A stretch of DNA of 61,705 nucleotides, filler included. It is 9 parts of 9 records of this genome, joined end to end, with 100 filler letters (N's around TTAATTAATTAA, not from the genome) between each part and the next. Parts side by side here need not be neighbours in the genome. Positions count along the whole stretch, not along the records: positions 38,117 to 50,265 come from SRR31156797_50973; 8 more parts are not named here. One strand, 5' to 3'. The stretch's first letter is position 1, and each line of letters starts with the position of its first letter. This document shows, in pieces, positions 38,161 through 47,851 of the stretch. A program made the position numbers and the translations under genes. The notes beneath the pieces are model-generated. The model searched no databases and had not been told where the DNA came from. It worked only from the letters and a program-made list of their open reading frames with translations.

Positions 38161-39414
38161 TCATTCTGGTTCTGAATTGCCTATTCCAAGCCGTTCCCAA
38201 AATTCAGGGGTTTTTCCTTTATCCTGCGGAGGGATTTCCTCGATAACCCGTTTTGAATCTTCGGGACCGAGCGGCCAGTTCTCCTGTTGCATACCGGCCA
38301 GCAGGCTGCTGCATTTATTGGCGTAACAGGTGCAGCCGGGAGTGTGAAAGAGGTCGCTCATTTCCTTCCATATTTCCTTGACCGGTCTTTCCATGATATT
38401 CCCGAATGACAGCATGGTAAAGTCGCAAGGGCAGGCGTTTCCTTCCCCATCGATAAATAGATAATTAAATCCTGCTCCGCACCCGTAATAATGCTCGTTT
38501 TCAAAAAAATCATATGCAAACACTCCGGGATACCCGGGAGTTTCCGTGCACATACGCTGAATTTCCATTATGGTTTCGACATTTTCCGGGCTTAACTTTT
38601 CCTCGGGTTTTCCAGTCAAATGACCGCTCAGGATGGGGGAAGTCAGGCGCATGTCGTTAATACCCAGATCGTGAAAAAATTCAATTACTTTTCTTAGTTC
38701 TTCCTTGTCGCTGACCAGCTTTTTATCAGGAACGAATGAGAGAGCCGTGTAAAAACCGGCGCGTTTGAAAAGCTTAATAGCCTGAATGGCGCAGTCGAAC
38801 ATGCCCTGGCGTCCCCGTCCCTGGTCGTGGACTTCCGGGCAGTAATGATCCAGACTTATCACCGGCACGCCCAGCCCGGCCTTTTTCAGATCGGCGACCC
38901 TTTCCATGGTCAGTCCGTAACCTGTTGTAAATAATAACGACATGGACCGCTCGCCGATGCAGGATATAATATCTTCAAGATCGTCTCTAAGGAGAGGCTC
39001 TCCGCCGGTCAGGCCGATAACGCTGGCCCCGATATCCTGGACGTCATTTATGTAAGTTTTCAGTTGCTCAAGGGAAAGCTCCCTGGCCAACGGGCGATCA
39101 GCAAACGAGCAATGCCAGCACTTGCAGGGGCATTTGGCGGTGACGGCAAAGTTGACCACTACCGGCGTGGGACGTCCGGATGCGATATTGATTATACCCT
39201 TTAGAAAGCGGTCATAGGCCGGGGAAGGAAAATAAGGAGTGAAGGTGTTGGAATAAATCCTGTCATCTATTTTGGTTAGCTTGCTTTCTTTGGTAACGTA
39301 GTTAAGGGCGAGTTTTTGTTTGAGGGTCAGATTTTTAAGTTCATTATGACGGGACATGGCGAATACCGCCCGCCAGCGGCTGAACCCATATAATTGTTTT
39401 CCATTTACGGCCAT
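38161..39414 (-). CDS. Radical SAM protein with SPASM/twitch domain
   Basis: CPCKCWHC, TGGEPLLR, ISLD and CGAGFNYLFIDGEGNACPCDF motifs. Confidence 0.92.
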   Translation of the reverse strand: MAVNGKQLYGFSRWRAVFAMSRHNELKNLTLKQKLALNYVTKESKLTKIDDRIYSNTFTPYFPSPAYDRFLKGIINIASGRPTPVVVNFAVTAKCPCKCWHCSFADRPLARELSLEQLKTYINDVQDIGASVIGLTGGEPLLRDDLEDIISCIGERSMSLLFTTGYGLTMERVADLKKAGLGVPVISLDHYCPEVHDQGRGRQGMFDCAIQAIKLFKRAGFYTALSFVPDKKLVSDKEELRKVIEFFHDLGINDMRLTSPILSGHLTGKPEEKLSPENVETIMEIQRMCTETPGYPGVFAYDFFENEHYYGCGAGFNYLFIDGEGNACPCDFTMLSFGNIMERPVKEIWKEMSDLFHTPGCTCYANKCSSLLAGMQQENWPLGPEDSKRVIEEIPPQDKGKTPEFWERLGIGNSEPE

Positions 39415-39657
39415 GACCTCTGCCCGGCTGCTTGATTTCGCCTGTTTAAGGTTGACTGCCGTTTATTCTAAACTCGAAGTTAAAGAATAAGCCAGCAAGC
39501 GCATGTTGTCAAGAGGAGCCGCGAACGGGTGGAAGGGAGCCAATGAACTTGGATGATTGCTTTATCAACACGGGTTGTGGCAATATGATTATGCAAAATC
39601 CCAGGCCACATAGTGCAATTGAAACAGAACTCATGCAGCAACTCTGGAGGGGAAAAC

Positions 39658-40740
39658 ATGGATATTCCTGCCGGTAAAAAAAGACCCTGGCTTTTTGAAA
39701 TGTATCCGGAATTGTCCAATTTGCCCTGGACGCCGCTGGTACAGGCCCCGACGCCGATCCAACGCCTTGATAACGTTAGCAAAGAGCTTGAAAGCGATGT
39801 CTGGATAAAACGGGACGATTTATGCGCAGTTGAATATGGAGGCAACAAGCCGCGCAAGCTCGAATTCATACTTGGCGACGCCCTGGCCAAAAAGAAAAAA
39901 AGGCTGATTACGGGTGGCGGCATTGGAACGAACCACGGTCTGGCCACGACAATATTCGGACGCAAGCTGGGTTTTGAAGTTTCCCTGGGTCTTTTCAAAC
40001 AGCCGGTGACAGACCATGTTCGAAAATGTTTGAGGCTGTATCACTCTTACGGTACGGAAATGAACTACGTTGAAACCTTGCCCAGGTTTGTGGTTCACCA
40101 TTACATAACTCAGAGGATAAAAAGACCGAGGGCTTATTTTGTGGAGCCCGGCGGTTCGAGCATATTGGGTACGCTCGGTTATGTGGACGCCGGTTTGGAA
40201 CTGGCAATGCAGGTGAAAAATGGAGAAGCGCCGGAACCCGAGGTTGTTTATGCAGCCGCCGGAACCTGCGGAACCTTGGCCGGGCTGGTTGTAGGGCTCA
40301 AACTGGGGGGATTGAAGTCAAAGGTCCAGGGTGTAAGGGTATCGGCCAAAATAACCGCCAATTCCCGCACGGCCTTGCGCCTGGCCAGGGGCGCCCTGAA
40401 TCTAATGCGTAAGACTGATAAATCGATTCCCGATATTGTTTTGACTGAAGACGATTTGCCCATAGATCCGCAATACTTAGGGAATGGGTACGGCCACGCG
40501 ACCCCGGAATGCCGGGCCGCTTTTGACCTTATGTCTGAAATGGAAGGCATTCCATTGGATCTGACTTACACGGCCAAGTCTTTCGGGGCTCTTTGCGCCC
40601 ACGTTCAATCAGGGTCAAAGACCGGGCCTGCGCTTTTTTTAAACTCGTTTAATTCCGTTGATCTCACTGACAAAGCCGACAGTGTGGACTGGCATGATTT
40701 GCCGGAGGCCTATCACAGGTTTTTTAGAGAAACGTCTTAA
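39658..40740 (+). CDS. PLP-dependent D-cysteine desulfhydrase-like enzyme (ACC deaminase/DcyD family)
   Basis: PTPIQRL, WIKRDD, GGNKPRKLEF and GTCGTLAG. DLTYTAK lacks the Glu of ACC deaminases. GGAGG RBS before ATG 39658. Confidence 0.88.
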   Translation: MDIPAGKKRPWLFEMYPELSNLPWTPLVQAPTPIQRLDNVSKELESDVWIKRDDLCAVEYGGNKPRKLEFILGDALAKKKKRLITGGGIGTNHGLATTIFGRKLGFEVSLGLFKQPVTDHVRKCLRLYHSYGTEMNYVETLPRFVVHHYITQRIKRPRAYFVEPGGSSILGTLGYVDAGLELAMQVKNGEAPEPEVVYAAAGTCGTLAGLVVGLKLGGLKSKVQGVRVSAKITANSRTALRLARGALNLMRKTDKSIPDIVLTEDDLPIDPQYLGNGYGHATPECRAAFDLMSEMEGIPLDLTYTAKSFGALCAHVQSGSKTGPALFLNSFNSVDLTDKADSVDWHDLPEAYHRFFRETS

Positions 40741-40766
40741 GGGCTATTGTAAATCTGAAAGATCAT

Positions 40767-40792
40767 AAAGGCCTGAACAAAGGCCTTTTTTT
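40767..40792 (+). terminator. Intrinsic terminator
   Basis: AAAGGCCT-gaacaa-AGGCCTTT followed by a T-run. Confidence 0.75.
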
Positions 40793-41072
40793 CATTTTTT
40801 CCAAATATTATCTGGAAGGGCTGCATTAATTAATCCTTAAAAATTGATGATGACATCATCAGAATTACCGGATTTTAACTATTACTTATTGATTATACCG
40901 GCGCCTGAAATCCTGGTTAACGGAAAAAAAGAGCTACAATACAGCCCGAAGTTACTTTTCCTTATTACGGGCGCCGATTTTTGATCCTACCGTCGTAATA
41001 AGGAAAATGTTAAAATATATTTGGGATGTGGAAGCAGCATTTTCGGCATCGCCGCTTATGTCCTGCGCGTCG

Positions 41073-41266
41073 CCCTCCCGCCGGGTTTTTGAAAAAAAAC
41101 CGTGAGGGTTCAACTCCCATGCCCCGTCTTCCGGCGTCTTTGCCCCTGGCCCGAACGGCCGCCCTGCAGGTTAATTCCTCCGCGGCCGTTCCGAGATTCC
41201 GGAAGGCAGGGCAATTAAATAAACCGCCCAAAAGTGGAATTTACAGATCCGCCCGCCGGCGAAGAC
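41073..41266 (+). ncRNA. Candidate structured RNA / leader upstream of the slipin gene, with tRNA T-arm-like hairpins
   Basis: GC-rich island in an AT-rich spacer. GGGTTCAACTCCC at 41106-41118; nested stems GTCTTC.CGGCG/CGCCG..GAAGAC, TTGCCC/GGGCAA and GAACGGCCGC/GCGGCCGTTC. Confidence 0.45.
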
Positions 41267-41281
41267 ACTAAAGAGGCAATT

Positions 41282-42058
41282 ATGACCGGCCTAGCCTTAA
41301 TACTTATCATTGCTGCTTTGATCTTATTGCTGTTGATGAGGGCTTCGACCTTTATCCGGCGATTGACGGTAATGGAATACCAAAAGGGATTGCTCTATAA
41401 AAAAGGGCGATTCCAGGATATTATCGACCCGGGCGTTTACTGGTATTCGCCGTTGAACACAGAGATCAAGGTTGTCGACGCCAGGCGGAGGTACGCCACG
41501 CTTTCGGGCCAGGAAATCATGAGCAGGGACGGAGTTTCTCTAAAGATCAGCCTGGCGGTGAACTACCAGGTGACCGATCCGGTGATCGCCGTCAACGAGG
41601 TTGAATCATTTTACGAAGCCATGCACCTTGAGATTCAACTTTGTTTGCGCGAAATTATCGGGGCTGAAGAAATAGAGCATCTTTTGGAAAAAAGAAGCGG
41701 CATGGGAGAAAGGCTCATGGAATCGGCCGCCGACAAGGTCGGAGCCCTGGGTATTGAGCTTTTGTCTGTTGATGTGAAAGATATCATGTTCCCGGGAGAA
41801 CTGAAAAAAATATTCAGCCAGGCGGCCAGGGCCCGCCAGGAAGGACTGGCCCTGCTTGAAAGGGCCAGGGGCGAGACAGCGGCTCTTCGAAATCTGGCCA
41901 ATGCCGCCAAAATGCTGGATAAAAATCCATCAATGATGCAACTGCGCCTGATCCAGGCACTAGGGGAAAGCTCGGGACATACGGTAATTCTGGGAACGCC
42001 TCCTCCGATAGTACAGGTTGCGGCGCCGGAAAAATCGGAAGATGTGGGGGAAGAATAG
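41282..42058 (+). CDS. Slipin/SPFH (band 7) family protein
   Basis: TM anchor; GQEIMSRDGVSLKISL, DVKDIMFPGELKKIF and LERARGETAALRNLANAAKML; AAGAGG RBS. Confidence 0.92.
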   Translation: MTGLALILIIAALILLLLMRASTFIRRLTVMEYQKGLLYKKGRFQDIIDPGVYWYSPLNTEIKVVDARRRYATLSGQEIMSRDGVSLKISLAVNYQVTDPVIAVNEVESFYEAMHLEIQLCLREIIGAEEIEHLLEKRSGMGERLMESAADKVGALGIELLSVDVKDIMFPGELKKIFSQAARARQEGLALLERARGETAALRNLANAAKMLDKNPSMMQLRLIQALGESSGHTVILGTPPPIVQVAAPEKSEDVGEE

Positions 42059-42277
42059 GAAATACTAATTTTTATTCCCGCTTGTTTGCCATTATTAAAG
42101 ACAAATCATTATATTGTCACTAATAACAGCCAGTTATAGTTTCTATAATTTTTAAACCTGCCAACACAATTAATTGGTCATGCTTAAGGAGAAATATTCT
42201 CTTTAAAGATTGCCCTAACTGAAAATATCTGATAATATCTTCTTATTTAAAGAGCAATAATCTCTTGAGGCATTACT

Positions 42278-43582
42278 ATGTTAATAAACTTCACTATAGA
42301 AAACTGGATGTCCTTTGCCAATCCCGTAACTTTTACAATGGTTGCGGGCAGGGAGCGCCAACACGGGGAGCGTTTACCTCGTGTAAAAAAGTATCAAATG
42401 AGGGTGCTTCCAATAACGGCTATCTATGGCGGCAACGCATCTGGAAAAACCAACCTCTGTAAGGCCTTGAACTTCGCCAAAAATTTTGTTGTAAAAGGCA
42501 CTCAACCAGATAGTAAGATTAAAGTGGAGCCTTTTCGCTTGGATCCTGCCATTGAGAAGAGCCCAAGCCGGTTTGTCTTTGAGTTATTGGTCGACGATAC
42601 TGTTTTTGAATTTAGTTTTTCCGTAACGAGTAAAAAAGTAATTGAGGAAAAACTAATTAAATTATCAAGTAAGAATGAATATACATTATATGACCGGAAA
42701 CAAGATCAAATAACTTTTCACTCATCCATGGATAACGACCCATTCCTTCAATTCGCCTTTCAAGGGACTCGTGACAACCAGTTGTTTCTGACCAATGCAG
42801 TTATGCAAAAAGTAGAAAAATTCAAACCGATATACGATTGGTTCAGGGATAAACTCGTATTATTAGCTCCTGACTCAAGATTTAATCCAAACAGAATGTT
42901 TCCTCCATATTCTTTTAATCAGGAAATGAATAATTATTTATTTCAGCTGGATACTGGAATATCCCGTGTAGACTTGGAAGATCATTCACCCCAAGAGCAA
43001 AATATTATCGAACAAGTATTGGAAAAAGCATACGAAGATATGTCGGAAGGGTCCATCGAACGCATTCATGAAGTTTTTGATAAAAATCTTTTTGTTAGCC
43101 GACTTGAGGGAAAACTTTGTTTCAAAAAACTCGTAACATATCATCAAAATAAGGATGGATCCGAAACAAAATTTAATTTATTGGATGAATCGGATGGAAC
43201 CCAAAGGTTAATAGATTTATTGCCTGCTTTCCTGGATGTTACTTCTGCCGGTTTGGGGAAAGTATATATTATTGATGAATTAGACCGGAGTTTGCATACC
43301 TTGTTAAGCCGGAAAATGATGGCGGGATATCTGGCTAATTGCTCTCCCGGCAGCCGGTCACAGCTGATATTCACTACCCACGACGTCATGCTGATGGATC
43401 AAAAAATATTAAGAAGGGATGAAATGTGGATTACAGAGCGGGATGTTGATGGAGCATCATCGCTTTTATCATTCAGTGATTATAAGGATGTGAGATATGA
43501 CAAAGACCTGCGTAAAAGTTATCTTCAGGGCCGTCTTGGGGGCATACCGCGTATTCTGATTGAAAACACTCTGACTTCATAA
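42278..43582 (+). CDS. AAA_21/AbiEii-type ATPase (RloA / AbiLi-like)
   Basis: FTIENWMSF, YGGNASGKTN, ESDGTQRL, IIDELDRSLH, QLIFTTHD and YLQGRLGGIP motifs. Confidence 0.9.
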   Translation: MLINFTIENWMSFANPVTFTMVAGRERQHGERLPRVKKYQMRVLPITAIYGGNASGKTNLCKALNFAKNFVVKGTQPDSKIKVEPFRLDPAIEKSPSRFVFELLVDDTVFEFSFSVTSKKVIEEKLIKLSSKNEYTLYDRKQDQITFHSSMDNDPFLQFAFQGTRDNQLFLTNAVMQKVEKFKPIYDWFRDKLVLLAPDSRFNPNRMFPPYSFNQEMNNYLFQLDTGISRVDLEDHSPQEQNIIEQVLEKAYEDMSEGSIERIHEVFDKNLFVSRLEGKLCFKKLVTYHQNKDGSETKFNLLDESDGTQRLIDLLPAFLDVTSAGLGKVYIIDELDRSLHTLLSRKMMAGYLANCSPGSRSQLIFTTHDVMLMDQKILRRDEMWITERDVDGASSLLSFSDYKDVRYDKDLRKSYLQGRLGGIPRILIENTLTS

Positions 43583-43617
43583 AGCTTTTGTGATGCTGAA
43601 TACAGGATTGAAAAATA

Positions 43618-44220
43618 ATGGGGGCCAAAAGAAGGAGAGAATTCCGCCGACCAATAGGAAGGCGCCGTTATAAAACATTGTTTATTCTCGCAACTGAGGG
43701 TTTCAAGACCGAATCTCAATATTTTAAAATGCTTAACAGCGACAGTGCGGTGATACGTATAAAGTGTCTTTCAAAGAAAGCCCGAAGCGCTCCCGAGCAG
43801 GTTTTAAAACAAATTAGAACTTACATTAAAGACGAGGGATTAAGAAAAGACGACGAGGCATGGATTGTTATAGATAAAGACACATGGACGGATGATCAGC
43901 TTTCTATTTTATATGATTGGTCAAACGAAAAAGCAAACCATGGATTTGCTTTAAGCAATCCGAAATTCGATTATTGGCTCCTTCTTCATTTCGAGGAAGG
44001 GGCGGGGGTAAATACATCTCGCCAGTGTTCCGATCGATTAAAACGCTACCTTCCCGATTATGATAAAGACATTGGCAGATCCCGGAAAATTTTGGAAGGT
44101 ATTCCATCGGCAATAAAACGAGCAAAAGCCAAGGATACGCCGCCCTGTGAAAAATGGCCGACAACAACAGGGACGACAGTATACAGACTCATAGAAATGA
44201 TTTGTAACGAACCCGCCTGA
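43618..44220 (+). CDS. RloB-family protein (AbiLii-like, TOPRIM-like)
   Basis: ILATEGFKTESQYF, WIVIDKD, SNPKFDYWLLLHFE and TTVYRLI motifs; directly follows the ATPase. Confidence 0.9.
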   Translation: MGAKRRREFRRPIGRRRYKTLFILATEGFKTESQYFKMLNSDSAVIRIKCLSKKARSAPEQVLKQIRTYIKDEGLRKDDEAWIVIDKDTWTDDQLSILYDWSNEKANHGFALSNPKFDYWLLLHFEEGAGVNTSRQCSDRLKRYLPDYDKDIGRSRKILEGIPSAIKRAKAKDTPPCEKWPTTTGTTVYRLIEMICNEPA

Positions 44221-44330
44221 TATTTTTCCAACCATTCTAAAAGAGTTGACAAGGCCTAGGTCGCGGACTATACATTTAGGTTTCAGTTTCAGCTGAATTG
44301 GCCGTATTTACGGTTTTTTGGGAGATAAAA

Positions 44331-45596
44331 TTGACGATCAAGGCTATTAGAGGCTTCAAGGACATATTGCCGGAGGATATGCCTTACTGGCGGCTGATTG
44401 AAGATGCGGCCAAGAACGTGCTGTCCAGTTTCGGTTATGGTGAAATACGTATACCTGTTGTGGAGCGGACGCAACTTTTCGCCCGGTCCATTGGTGCGGA
44501 CACGGATATAGTGGAAAAGGAAATGTATACTTTTCCCGACCGTCATGACGAGCCGTTGACCTTGAGGCCGGAAGCAACCGCCGGAATAGTCCGATCAATT
44601 ATGGAACACAACCTGGCCGCGGACGGCCGCCCTTTGAAGCTTTTTTTCATGGGTCCCATGTTCAGGTACGAAAGGCCGCAGAAAGGCCGCCAGAGACAGT
44701 TTCATCAGCTGGACGTTGAAGCGTTTAACGACCCTTCGCCCCACATGGATGCGGAAATTATCATCCTGCTCGACAATTTTTTAAAAGAAATCGGGCTGAC
44801 GAACGTGGTAATGAATATTAACAGCCTGGGTTGCCCGGAATGCCGGCCCGGATACAAGGAGGCTCTAAAAAGCTTCCTTGTGGACAGCCGTGAAGACCTT
44901 TGCCCGGACTGTAACCGTCGACTGGAAGCAAATCCTTTAAGAGTGCTTGATTGCAAGGTTCCCAGGTGCTCGGAAAAGGTCGCGGATGCGCCCATAATTC
45001 TGGACTATTTATGTTCGGATTGTCGGGACCATTTCGATGTGGTGCAAAAAGATCTCGAGTCGGCCGGAACTGTTGCGGAAGTTAATCCTAAGTTGGTCCG
45101 GGGTCTTGATTATTATTCCAGAACCACGTTCGAGGCCTTGACCGGTGAATTGGGTTCGCAAAACGCGGTTGCGGGCGGCGGACGTTATGACGGCCTGGCC
45201 CGGACCCTGGGCGGACCGGACATCCCGGCCATTGGTTTTGCCGCCGGGATAGAAAGGCTGGTCATGCTGCTGCAGGACAAGATTAAGCCTGTAGCGGCCG
45301 GCCCCGACCTGTTCGTAGCGCCGCTCGACCAGGAAGCGGTCAAAGCCGGTTTCAATATAGTTCATGAACTGAGGCGGCAGGGCCGCAAGATTGAAATTGA
45401 TTACACGCCGGGCAGTTTGAAAAGCAGAATGAAAAGGGCCGATAAATTACAAGCTTCGCGAGTTCTGATAATCGGTCCAGATGAACTGGCCGCCGGTGAA
45501 GCGATATTAAGGGACATGACAACAAAAGCCCAGAAAAGCATTCCTCTGGCCGAAGCGGCTTCGCTATTGGGCGCCCTGCTGGATAAAGGAGAATAG
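44331..45596 (+). CDS. hisS: Histidine--tRNA ligase
   Basis: IRGFKDILP, KEMYTF, LRPEATA, FRYERPQKGRQRQFHQ, VRGLDYY and GGGRYDGL. TTG start at 44331 after a GGAG RBS. Confidence 0.97.
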   Translation: MTIKAIRGFKDILPEDMPYWRLIEDAAKNVLSSFGYGEIRIPVVERTQLFARSIGADTDIVEKEMYTFPDRHDEPLTLRPEATAGIVRSIMEHNLAADGRPLKLFFMGPMFRYERPQKGRQRQFHQLDVEAFNDPSPHMDAEIIILLDNFLKEIGLTNVVMNINSLGCPECRPGYKEALKSFLVDSREDLCPDCNRRLEANPLRVLDCKVPRCSEKVADAPIILDYLCSDCRDHFDVVQKDLESAGTVAEVNPKLVRGLDYYSRTTFEALTGELGSQNAVAGGGRYDGLARTLGGPDIPAIGFAAGIERLVMLLQDKIKPVAAGPDLFVAPLDQEAVKAGFNIVHELRRQGRKIEIDYTPGSLKSRMKRADKLQASRVLIIGPDELAAGEAILRDMTTKAQKSIPLAEAASLLGALLDKGE

Positions 45597-45598
45597 GT

Positions 45599-47407
45599 TT
45601 GACAGAAACATTGGGAGACCTGAAACGCACCCATTACTGCGGTGAATTGACAGAAGCGGACCTTGATAAAGAGGTTGTATTAATGGGCTGGGTCCAGAGA
45701 CGTCGGGACCACGGCGGCCTGGTATTTATTGATTTAAGGGACAGGACCGGCCTGATTCAGGTTGTTTTTAACCCCCAGGAAGACCCGGAAACCCATGAAA
45801 GGTCCCATGCCGTCCGCAGCGAATTCGTTTTGGCTGTAAAGGGCAGGGTCCGTCCGCGCCCCGACGACATGCTTAATCCCAAGTTGAAAACCGGTATGAT
45901 TGAAGTATTCATCAATCACCTCAGGGTGTTGAATACGGCCAAGACCCCGCCGTTCATGATAGAAGACTATATAGACGTAACCGAGGCGGTGCGTTTGAAA
46001 TATCGTTATCTCGATCTCAGGCGGCCTCGAATTCAGCAGAGCATTCTGTTAAGGCACAAGGTTGTTCAGGCGACCCGAAGCTATTTGAACAGTCAAAACT
46101 TTATAGATATCGAAACGCCTGTTCTGACCAGGTCCACGCCTGAAGGGGCCAGGGATTACCTGGTGCCTTCAAGGGTCAACCGGGGCAGTTTTTTTGCCCT
46201 GCCGCAGTCGCCGCAGCTTTTCAAACAGCTTTTGATGGTCTCTGGATTCGACCGGTATTACCAGATAGTCAAATGTTTCAGGGATGAAGACCTGAGGGCC
46301 GACCGGCAGCCGGAATTCACCCAGATAGATATGGAGCTTTCCTTTATTCAGGAAGAAGATATTTATGAAATCATGGAACAGTTCATGGTCAAGCTTTACG
46401 AGGAAGTAACGGGCGAGGCGCCGGCGACTCCGTTCCCCAGACTGACTTACCATGAAGCCATGGAAAGATACGGCCTGGACAGGCCGGACACCCGATTCGG
46501 GCTGGAACTTAAGGATGTTACGGGAATCGTGGCCCAGGCGGATTTCAAGCTCTTTTCACAGGTGGCTTCTTCCGGCGGGGTTATCAAGGCGATCAACGCC
46601 AAGGGGGCCAATCATCTTTCCCGGAAACAGCTTGACGACCTGATTGAATATACCAAAATTTACGGCGCCAAGGGCCTGGCCTGGATAAAAATTAATCCGG
46701 ACGGCTGGCAAAGCCCGATCGCCAAGTTTTTTAATGATGAAGAGAAAGCCGCACTTACCGCCGCCCTGGAAGCAGAGCCGGGCGACCTGCTCTTTTTCAG
46801 CGCGGACTCATACCGGATTGTGTGCGAGGTATTGGGTCAGTTGAGACTGAAACTGGGCCGCGATTTGGGATTGGTAAATGAAGAGGATAATAATTTCCTC
46901 TGGGTTACCGAATTTCCCATGTTTGAATACAGCCCTGAAGAAAAAAGATTGACGGCCATGCATCACCCTTTTACCGCGCCCGTGGAAGAGGATCTGGACA
47001 AGCTGGAATCAGCTCCGGAAAAGGTTCGTTCTAGAGCTTACGACCTTGTGTTAAACGGGAATGAAATCGGGGGCGGCAGCATTCGTATTCATCGCCCCGA
47101 GGTTCAGGAAAGGGTGTTCAAGTCATTGGGCATCGGGCCTGAAGAAGCAGCGGAAAAATTCGGTTTTCTGATAGAAGCATTGGGTTACGGCGCTCCGCCC
47201 CACGGCGGTATTGCCTTTGGGCTTGACCGCCTGGTCATGCTCCTGGCCGGGACGTCGTCGATAAGGGACGTCATTGCCTTCCCCAAAACCCAGAAAGCGA
47301 CATGTCTTTTGACCGATGCGCCCACAAGCGTGGACCGTCAGCAGCTTTTGGAATTGGCTTTACGGGTTGAAGTCGAAGAAAAGAAAAAGGAAAAACCCGA
47401 GGAATAA
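45599..47407 (+). CDS. aspS: Aspartate--tRNA ligase
   Basis: RTHYCG, RRDHGG, STPEGARDY, LPQSPQLFKQ, FRDEDLRADRQPEFTQ and GAPPHGG motifs. Confidence 0.97.
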   Translation: MTETLGDLKRTHYCGELTEADLDKEVVLMGWVQRRRDHGGLVFIDLRDRTGLIQVVFNPQEDPETHERSHAVRSEFVLAVKGRVRPRPDDMLNPKLKTGMIEVFINHLRVLNTAKTPPFMIEDYIDVTEAVRLKYRYLDLRRPRIQQSILLRHKVVQATRSYLNSQNFIDIETPVLTRSTPEGARDYLVPSRVNRGSFFALPQSPQLFKQLLMVSGFDRYYQIVKCFRDEDLRADRQPEFTQIDMELSFIQEEDIYEIMEQFMVKLYEEVTGEAPATPFPRLTYHEAMERYGLDRPDTRFGLELKDVTGIVAQADFKLFSQVASSGGVIKAINAKGANHLSRKQLDDLIEYTKIYGAKGLAWIKINPDGWQSPIAKFFNDEEKAALTAALEAEPGDLLFFSADSYRIVCEVLGQLRLKLGRDLGLVNEEDNNFLWVTEFPMFEYSPEEKRLTAMHHPFTAPVEEDLDKLESAPEKVRSRAYDLVLNGNEIGGGSIRIHRPEVQERVFKSLGIGPEEAAEKFGFLIEALGYGAPPHGGIAFGLDRLVMLLAGTSSIRDVIAFPKTQKATCLLTDAPTSVDRQQLLELALRVEVEEKKKEKPEE

Positions 47408-47459
47408 GGAATTCCGAGCGCCTGCGGGAAAACAACCCTTTTTGAACATGGCCGGGCAA

Positions 47460-47483
47460 GGGCGGTTAACGAACCGCCCCTAC
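47460..47483 (-). repeat. GTAG-type REP palindrome
   Basis: Minus strand GTAG-GGGCGGTT-CGTT-AACCGCCC. Confidence 0.7.
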
Positions 47484-47851
47484 ACCGTTGGATCATTGAC
47501 AAGAAACCGTTGTCAGACGAGATATGGTCATGCCGCCCGGCGGGGAACCGGGATGTTGGATTAAGGATAAATAATCCAATATTTGAATAATGACCGGGAC
47601 AGGAGGACGCTCATCGGGGAGCGCCCTGCTGAAAAAGAGATTTACAGCCAAGCCGGGGAGGATCAGATCTCTATAGCCAACTCCCCATTGGCAGGGTTTT
47701 AAGAAAAGGCTTTGCGGCAATCCGCAAAGCATCATCCATATAAACTGATATTAAAAATGCATGTTTCCGGGAATTGCTCCTCCTGTACGGATTGATTCCT
47801 GCTTATCCGTTGTCTTACTTTGGACAGTGACTATTGAAAGGAGTTTATGCA

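Noticed and set aside
41104-41120. A tRNA gene suggested by GGTTCAACTCC
   Set aside because: No acceptor stem, D-arm or anticodon arm could be built around it; reported only as a T-arm-like element.
45599-47407. Calling AspRS discriminating versus non-discriminating
   Set aside because: Signals are mixed (His in RDHGG, but no Gly in RPDDM), so it cannot be decided by eye.
47500-47760. 6S RNA or a known riboswitch after aspS
   Set aside because: Consecutive local hairpins rather than the long 6S rod; no riboswitch consensus recognised.
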